In this document: positions 54,001-63,000 of the stretch, in pieces | How positions within the stretch are numbered: the stretch's first letter is position 1 | How the letters are laid out: each line of letters begins with the position of its first letter | Assembly: GCA_964354795.1 (NCBI GenBank) | Contig: CAYHBB010000040.1 | Location: 76,593-140,592, forward strand | From: an uncultured Planctomycetales bacterium | GTDB taxonomy: Bacteria; Omnitrophota; Gorgyraeia; Gygaellales; Profunditerraquicolaceae | Reading direction: 5' to 3' | DNA length: 64,000 nt | The notes under the pieces: generated by a model | Seen by the model: only the letters and a program-made list of their open reading frames with translations | What the model was told of the DNA's origin: nothing | The model's database searches: none | Position numbers and translations under genes: made by a program

Positions 54001-57000
54001 TATTCTGGAAATCAATTCTACAAACGCGAGGGAATTATATCTTACTTCTGAAGCGGCTATCTTATGCAGTTCTACTGCGCTATATTTATTATTGGCGACC
54101 CTGGCCTTGGCCAAAGTAGCCAGGAGGATCGCGAAAAGATGCAAGGGGTATTGCGGGCGGGTGTCCTGCGGATAGACAATATTCTGGTTTCCGCGGATGC
54201 CGGCAGTAGATTTCTCCGCCTCATCCTTGTATTTCGTTAACCATCTTTTTAAGCCCAATCCTTCAGGATTATTCTTCTCATCAAAATCAGATAAATGCGC
54301 TTTGGTTAACGTAACCTTAAACTCACCGGGATTTGATAAATCTATCCGGGAATTATTCTTTACGTGCGCGGGAGTCCTCTCTTCTATGTCGAGCAACAAC
54401 TCCCGCTCTAAAGCGCGGGCCCTTTCATTATCAGAGCGGCCCGATACCACAACCATGCCCAACAGGCCAAGAAGGATAAATGATGTGGGATGAACCAATG
54501 CAGCTAAAGCAGCAATACTGAAGAAGAAAATAATGGGTAAGACAGAACGCAATACGAGAGCTGAAGGAGCATTAGTTTCAAGCCAGAATAAAACTCCGTT
54601 AGTAGAAACCGACAGGTCTTCATTAAAACGGTAGCTGTATACTTTGCCGGAGGTGTGCACTTGGATCGCGCGCGGTTTAGTAAGGCGTATATTTACGTTT
54701 ACAATATCGTTATCAGACAGGCCGAATCTTTCTTTGGCATCCTGCGTTACCAAGACTTTTAACCTTTCAATGCGCTTTTCATATTCCGTGATAAGACGGT
54801 CGATTGCAGCGTCATGTAATTTAGAAGTGACTCTGCCGGAGAATGTCGAATTATTATTTCCTTTAGCAGTCTCGTGCCAGACCGTTTCATATAAGCGCAT
54901 CCATGTTTTACTGAATCCAGCAGCCTTATTCGGCGCCGTATTCTTCAAGGCAAAGACCGCTGCTACTAAGAATAAGGCGACCGCCCCCATTACGATCAAT
55001 AGTTTATTGCTGATCTTCCCCGACGTTTTGGTTTGCCGGTTGTCAGCCGCCGAATCCCTGGCAAAAGAAACATCTCCCTTTTGATAAAGCATATAGGCGC
55101 CTTCGGTCAACTCATTATCTTTTAATTTCTCGGGCGAGGTATTGGTCTTAACCAGGCGCAAATAATCAAGGAAGCCCTTACTTGGCAAAGTCACATCCTG
55201 CATGTAAAGGTATCCGCCCTCTCTTGTGCAAGAAAAGATATTGCCGTAATACTTATCCGCGGATCCGTCCCTGGCGAGCTTCCCTCCCAGGCCGGGGAAT
55301 TTCACGATAGTAAGGTCGCTTGCTCCTTTTAAGAAATCAAGCGGCTGGGTGCAATCTTTACGATGGAAATGCACAGTGACTTTTCTCGCAAATAATCCGG
55401 ATCTATACCTAATCTCGACTTCTATTATATCTAGGGTAGGATATTTGTAGGTGAAAGAGTAATTGAAACTGTCGCCGGTGAAATTGGGGATATGGTTATG
55501 GAAGAACCCGGTAATAGTTTCCATTGAATACTGGTCTTCATTATCCACCAGATGCACATCTGTTACTGTCGGGATGTTCCTGATGATTTCATAAGGCAGG
55601 GAGTAGTCCCAGCCGCAGGCAAGATAAAGGATGGTTTTTACTTCGCCGTCCGGTATCAGCTTCCAGACAGCTTCCCGGGCGTTTGTTTTTTCCGGGCCTG
55701 CGCGGCTTTCCTTGCCGCGGCTCTCTGCAAATCTCCTGAACGCGCTAACAGCGCTGGCAATAATTCTGCGCAGGCCCCGGTAGAAATCTGCATCAAAGAG
55801 CATGCCAGGGAAAGAGTAGAGCTTTGAGGATAAGGGATTGCCTTCAGAAGGTAAAACAAACCTCAGGCGGACCTTTACATGCGCGCCTTCCTTTAATAAA
55901 GCGATGATTTCCTTTGGAGCTAAATTTTGCTGCCAGGCACCCTCCACTAAAGAAGCCTCTAACACCACCGCTTCTGTGTCTTTCAGGTAGCTGACCACGG
56001 AACTAAGCAAGGCTACTGTAGGATGGCTGAAATTTATGCTTGAGACCTTGCCTCTTAGTTCACCTATCATCCATTTAAAAACTCTGCTGCCCAGCCCCTG
56101 CCTCCTTGCTACCCGGCCGTATCCTATGGCCCTTCCAAAAATAAGAAGGTCAAAACTTGCTTCCCCTTCTTTGGCTCTGGGCAATACCAGGTCCAAATGC
56201 CCCATTTCCTTATAGTTTTCGGCTCTATTCTCCTGGCCCCTATTTGTATTAAGGTAAATATAATCAAAATAATGCGATGCGTTGCTGTCGGCAATGTCGG
56301 CCATATGCCTGTGGAGCTCAAGCTCCCCCTCTATTGAACAGACAATACTTATTTCCAGACCTCTGACATCTACCTTGGCCGGCCCCAGCTTAAACATAGC
56401 TATGTGCTCTTTTTTCCCGGATATTTTTCCCATCTTCTGATAAAGATTCCGCGCGTAGTGATGGGGAACATTTAATTTTTCTCTGAATGAAGATTTTTCG
56501 TCTTCCCAGACCAACATATTTATGACTTCAGGATATTGAGTCTCCAACCCCCTGTCGCTTACCATAATGCTGGCTAAAAGATATATTTCAAAACCTGAAT
56601 ACCTATCGGACCTGATCTTCTTGACCCAAATCTTTACTTTTAGCTCCGTTGACTCGGATAGATCATCGGAGAGAGGCAAGCTGCTGATAATACCCACATA
56701 GTCGTAATGAAGGGCGCAGTTGCAGCTACATTGATTGCCGTTGCCACCGAGGCTATCTTCGATAGCCAGGTCCATTAATATGCTGACGATCAGCTCTTTC
56801 CTTTCAGGGCCGCTATGCGTGAAGAATCTGGCTATTTGCCGGCCTTTATCAAAGACAAAATTGCCCATCCAGGCTTTCAGCCAATTCTTAACTATATCTT
56901 TCTCGATCTCCTTGCCCGCGCCTTTTAAATATCCGATCAATTCTTCATTGCCCATGATCCTTTCATTGCCCATTTTTATCGCTTCAAATTTATCGCGCAG

Positions 57001-60000
57001 CTCCTTGAGTGAACCGGTCAATTCCTCAACAGATACCCTTGTCTCTTGAGGAAGGTGTAAAACGTTACCAGGATGCTGCTCAAAAAAGACGATCATATCT
57101 GCGATATTTGCCAAGGCTTTGGCGGCATTCTGCACAAAAATAGGGTTTCCTCCGCGAGAAGCATTGACCACTATTTCAACTTGATTTGCCAACAAAGGCA
57201 TGATTTCTTTAATTGATCTAATGCCCCCGCTTATCTGGCTGTTAATGTTGCCTACTACATCCTCGTTTATCTGGCCGCTCATTTCCTTAAGGCAAGGGTC
57301 TCTTACTTTCTCAAACAGCTCCGCGATCTTCTCGTCTGTTTCCATGACATCAAAATCTGGATTATTTACCGCCATCCCCAATAGGCCTAACATAAGTAGC
57401 GATACAGGCTGGACAAAGACAGCTTGCCCTTCGGCAAGACTCAGGGCAAGCATGGCTCCGACGGCCAACATAAACACCCACTTTGAAAGCGCTTTCCTGA
57501 GATTTAAAAATAAAAGGCTACGGTAAGATCCGGGAGGAAGCGAATAGCAGCTCTCCTCCCAAGTCTTATTGGTAGATAAGATCGCGCTTATCAATAAGTA
57601 TTGACTTGACCTTGGCCATGAGGATATCCTTGAGTTCCTGGCTGGCCCGTAGCCAGACGCCGTCTGCGGTTTTCCCCCTGACTGTTCCGTCGGGCTCGAC
57701 AAGGAAACAAAATTCAGACCACCAGAGAGGATGTTTAACAAATACGAAGAGATTTTTTGTATCAGGCAAGATGCGGATGATTTCCAATTCCTGTAAATTG
57801 ACCATTTTGTTACCTCCTTATTATTTTTGGCCGCTGCCAAGGATTTAAGTAAAGCCCCGTTGCAAAACGACAAATCTTCCCCACCAGCCACGGAAGGTAG
57901 AAGATTGCCTTTTTCAATTCTTTGCAACGGAGCATGACAAGTCTTTAGCGCCCTGATTAATAAAAATCCTAAACCCGGTGTAAATAATCCGTAGAATCCT
58001 GAATCGCTCCTTAATGCGGCCTTGGCCTGGCCCGGAGCAGAAAACAGGATGAAACATCCGATAAATGTAAGGTTCGAGATGGCCTGGCCGGTCAATAACC
58101 AACCGAAGAGAATAAAGCCTAAAGCGCATGCCCTGCTTATCCCCAATGTTATCCGCGTAGCCATATAACTGCCGAGATGCAGCTTAGAAACCAAAACGGC
58201 TCTCAGTATCCTTCCCCCGTCTGTAGGAAATACAGGAAGAAGGTTCAGGGCCGCTAAAATCAAATTAATGTAGGCAATGCTGCTTAAGATCTGTGCCCAG
58301 CTGCTGACCCCTATAGTAAAGGTAAGGCCCCCGGGCACAAGCCAGAAACTGAGCGCGAACAATAACGGCGCCAGTAAGATATTCACCAATGGACCGGCAA
58401 ACGCGATGCTCATCTGCTCCCTGGGAGTGCGGCCAACCCCCTGCATGCGGGCGAATCCGCCGATGATCGTCAAGAGGACATCGTTGGTCCTGATATGGTA
58501 TTTGCGCGCCTTCAAGATATGCCCAAACTCATGCAAAGTCACTAAGCTGAATATGGCAGCGTAAAGAACCAGTCCCGGCAATCCCCATGCGTTAATCGCA
58601 AGGAACAGGCCCAGATAAAGGCTCCAGTGCGCTCTTACGGGGACTCCTTTTACGGTAAAGAGGGTGATATTCAATCTATCAAGAACACCATTCAAATTTC
58701 CATTCAGGGAAGCTGACAGCAGCGGAATCGGTAATCCTAGACAGGCAAAAGCAGCGCCCGAACAATCGCTCCTTAAACCTTCCAATAAATTCTTAAAGGC
58801 GCTTTCTTCGATATTACTCTTACCCATATCGTGCTCTATGTCTTCAGCAGTGGCCCGTTCATATTTTTCCCTGTTATCAGCCAGAGCAAACCCGTCCAGC
58901 TCATGGGTCCCCAGGACAGGGGAAAGCCTGTATTCCTGCGTCCTTATCACCGTAGGCCAGATATAAATGAAATCCCCCAGCATGGAAACTGAATGTTCAA
59001 TATTTTGAGATTGAAGCGCGGATACGCACTTCATAAAGGCGGATTTGAATCTTTCCGTGCCATCTGCCTTCATGCAGATCACAGATAAAGGATAATCAGT
59101 GAGTACATATACCTCGGCTCCCTGAGCCTCGAAGGCGGCTTTTCTGGCAGCGCTTTCCACGGGCAGAGAACAATCATAATAATTTGCCTGTATGTGCAGA
59201 TGGAAGACAGAAGCTAATTTCCCGGGATTTATGCCCAATTTTAATCTTGGGGAGCGGGATAATCTCCTTATTGCCAGCATTGTCTCAAGGGCCGCCTCGC
59301 TGACCTGCTGCGGAAATTCTTTTTCGGGCTCAGGAACGATTACAATGTGGTACTTAAAGGAAGCATTCTTATTGATATCTACAGCGATATGCCTTGCGTC
59401 TATCACTAAATCCAGGAGCCTCCTTACAGGGCCCTCTTCCTTCAGGAATTTATTAAAATTCTTATTGGGATCGAACTTTAAAACATCAATGTTAGAGCTG
59501 CTCTTTCCGGTATTGCGCGCCTTCTTCGCATTATCGTAATCTGCGCGTCCGGAATTGAACCTCATCATCCACCTGCCTACTTCCCTGGTCTCGGTAATGT
59601 AAGGGTCATACGCGAATACCCCGGGCTGATGCGCCCTTATATCCCAAAGCTCCTGAACCGTAGTATCAAAATCTAATACTCCCTCCACAATCAGCCTTCC
59701 CAGTATCCAGCTCGCCTGCCCTTGAGAAATTTCATCGATAGCCCTGATAAATTCCTTCTGCCAATCGCTCACTCTTTGCTCGGATTCACGAAAGACCATA
59801 TCCTGGTAAAGATTCAGGATTATCTGGGTCTTTAATTCCTCGCTCAGGACGCTGTTCTTTCTCAAGACTTCTTTGACCTGCGCTGCCTTGACTGCTTCTG
59901 AGGCCTCGCTAGGTTGCGCGCGATTGTCATTGAAACCATCAGGATTATTATTGTGCCACTCCCAGGCGCTTCTGATTATGTCTTTAATCCCCATTGTCGG

Positions 60001-63000
60001 GGTGATACCGAGCTCTTGCGTAGCTTTCGTGTGACTAATAACCAGCCTGTCAACTTCTCCCTCGGGTTTTCCTTCAATGATGATCTTTTGGGCGATATCG
60101 GGGCAGGACTGCGAAGCAATCTCGATCACCGCCTGCTGAATTTCCTTTATGCTGAATCCTGTGCCGCTTCCGAAGGCAAAGGTATCAGACCGGCCAGTTT
60201 CACATAAGCGCTCAAATGAAGCCGCGAACAAGCGCGCGACATCACCGACAAAAACAAAATCGCGGATAGGCGTGCCGTCTTTGGTAGCGGCCATTACACG
60301 CCGCCTTATCAGGGGATTCGCCTTAAGCTCAGGCTCGCTATAGATATGCCAATCGACATTGTTTCTTTTACCTAAAGCGACAAGGAGCAATCTGGGGATT
60401 ATATGGGTTTCGGGATCATGGTCTTCGCCGATATTCAAGCTTCCGCCTGCCACATTGGCATAGCGTAAAGTCACGTATTGTATGCCTTTTTGCCTGCTGT
60501 ATTCCTCTAGTACCTTTTCTACAAGGACTTTTGTCCTGTTGTAGGGATCTGAAGGTGAAACTTGTGAATGCTCATCAAAGGCTTCGTTTTCACTTAAGTT
60601 CGAGTCTCCATAAACAGCTCCGCTGGAGGCCTGGACGATATATTTGATCCCGTGCCTGGCCATGGCCTCAAGCAGCCTGATCTCATTGATCACATTGTTG
60701 TAATAATAATCCAGCGGCCTCTTTAATGATTCATAGCCCATGGTGTTGGCGGCAAGATTGAATACGGCGCATGGTTTATATTTCGCGATCACCTCTTCTA
60801 ACCTGGCAGTATCCGCTAAATCTCCCTCCTCGAATATCGCCTTGCTTTGCACGGCGGCTTTCTGGTGCCCCTTACGCAGATTATCAAAGACCACAACGCG
60901 ATAACCGCGGCTTATTAATTCCCTGATCACAAAACTCCCCACGTATCCTGCGCCGCCGACAACGAGCACAACGGCCTCGGGCTTATTTCTATTTTTAGTA
61001 AACTCTTGCATAAAAGCGCTGATCCTCTCGGCTACTATTTTTTGCGTTGCTTCGTCCTTGGCATAAATCCTCTTATAAAAGTCCTGGAACTCCCGGGAGA
61101 AGACAATTGGAATCCACCATTCCGGATGCTGGGTGTACCAAGAAACCACTTCCTGAACGCCATCTTTTAAGGAAATAACCGGCTGCCATCCTAATTTAGT
61201 GCGTATCTTGCTGTCATCCACAGGATACCAGGGGTCATGCCCGGGCCTGGGAGGAATAGCATAAATATACTCATCAAGGTCCTTTCTTTTGTTGGCAACG
61301 CCCATGGCTTGCAAAATCTGGTAGACCATCCAGAGATTACGTTTCTGATTTCTTCCCGCTATATTGTAAATTCCTCCGGGTTCTCCCCGATGGAGCACGG
61401 CGTCGATCGCCCGGGACATATCCCAAACAGAAAGCCAGTCTCTCTTACCCTCGCCCTTATTAAAGAGAGGGATCTTTAATCCCAGCATCTTATGGATGAT
61501 CGTAAAGGGCAGGAGTTTCTCCGGATATTGATAAGGGCCATAGTTGTTAGTCCCGCGGATCATCTTTGCCCCGAGGTTCCAGGCGTGGTTGAATACCTGG
61601 ACCATAAGGTCTGCTCCGGCCTTGGAAACGCCATAGGGGTTGCCGGGAGCAAATTTTGTATTTTCTTTGAAGCGCCTGCGCTGCTCCAGCCTCGCCCCGC
61701 CATAAACCTCATCGGTGGAAATGTGCAGCATCACCACTTCATTGCGGCCGGATTCTTTACGCGCCTTATTCTCATCACGCACTGTTTCCAGCATATTCAA
61801 TGTCCCGCCTACATTGCTGTCCACGAATGGCATCGCGCTATAATTTGACCTATCCACGTGGCTTTCTGCGGCAAAGTTGACTACAGCATCCACTCTTCTT
61901 ATCAGCGCCTGCACACATTCTCTGTCCCTTACATCCCCCTTCACGACTTCAAGCCTGGGGCCCAAATCCTTATCCCGCATGATATCCTCTAGGTTCTCCC
62001 ATCTGGCGGCATAGGTAAACTTATCCAGCACAATTACCCGGTAATTCGGGTGGACTGACAAGAAATAACGCACGAATACAGAACCGATGAATCCTGCTGC
62101 TCCGGTGACCAGAACCGTAGGCTTACCGCTGGTGTTGCCTATACAAAGATCGTCTTTGGGATGCCCGGGATTTTCCTTTACCGCACGGGGCACTGGATAG
62201 GCAGAGGCGAGACTAGAGATCCTCTGTTCATTGCTGGGAAGGCCCATATCTATCAGCATCGCGGTAAGGATTTCATTTATTAAAGAACGGGACAGGACCG
62301 GATCTGTGTCTATGCGGCTTTTTAATTCCTCCCACATCTCAATAGCCTCTTTTGATTGCGCTTGGACTTGAACATCCGCATAACCTTGCGGGTGGGTCTT
62401 ACGCCATAAATAGAAATGCCCAACCATATCCTGCAATCTATGGCGCGGCTTCCAACCAAGCAATTCAGTGGCCTTCCTGGGGGAGACCACGATTCTATCA
62501 ACGTCGAATCTTCTTTTTCCCTCAATAACGATGCGGCTGTCCACATCGCGATGTTCCGGCCTGGCAACTTCCCTGACCATAGATACTACTTCCTTAGCAG
62601 ATATGCCTTTTCCTGTCCCTAAATTGAAGGTGTCTGATCCTTTGCCATCCTCTAAATATCCCAAAGCCGCAAGATAAGCAGCCACGGCATCCTCTACATG
62701 CACATACTCTCTTATGGCTGTGCCGTCAGGAGTATTTGCCAGGCAGCGGTCAGGGTCTTGGGCAGACCATAAGACTCTTCTGGCGGCATCTTCCGCTACA
62801 GAAATCAACGTCGGAATCAGGTTCGTAGGCTGCAAAGTGTCCTCTCCCATGGAGCCATCCGCTAATGCTCCGGCGATATTTGCGCAGCGTAAAATTACAA
62901 ACTTAAAACCACAGTTTTCAGCATAGCTGCGGATAATCTGCTCACCTAAGTATTTTGTCCTTGCGTAGGGGCTGACAGGAAACACCTCGCTCGTCTCGCT

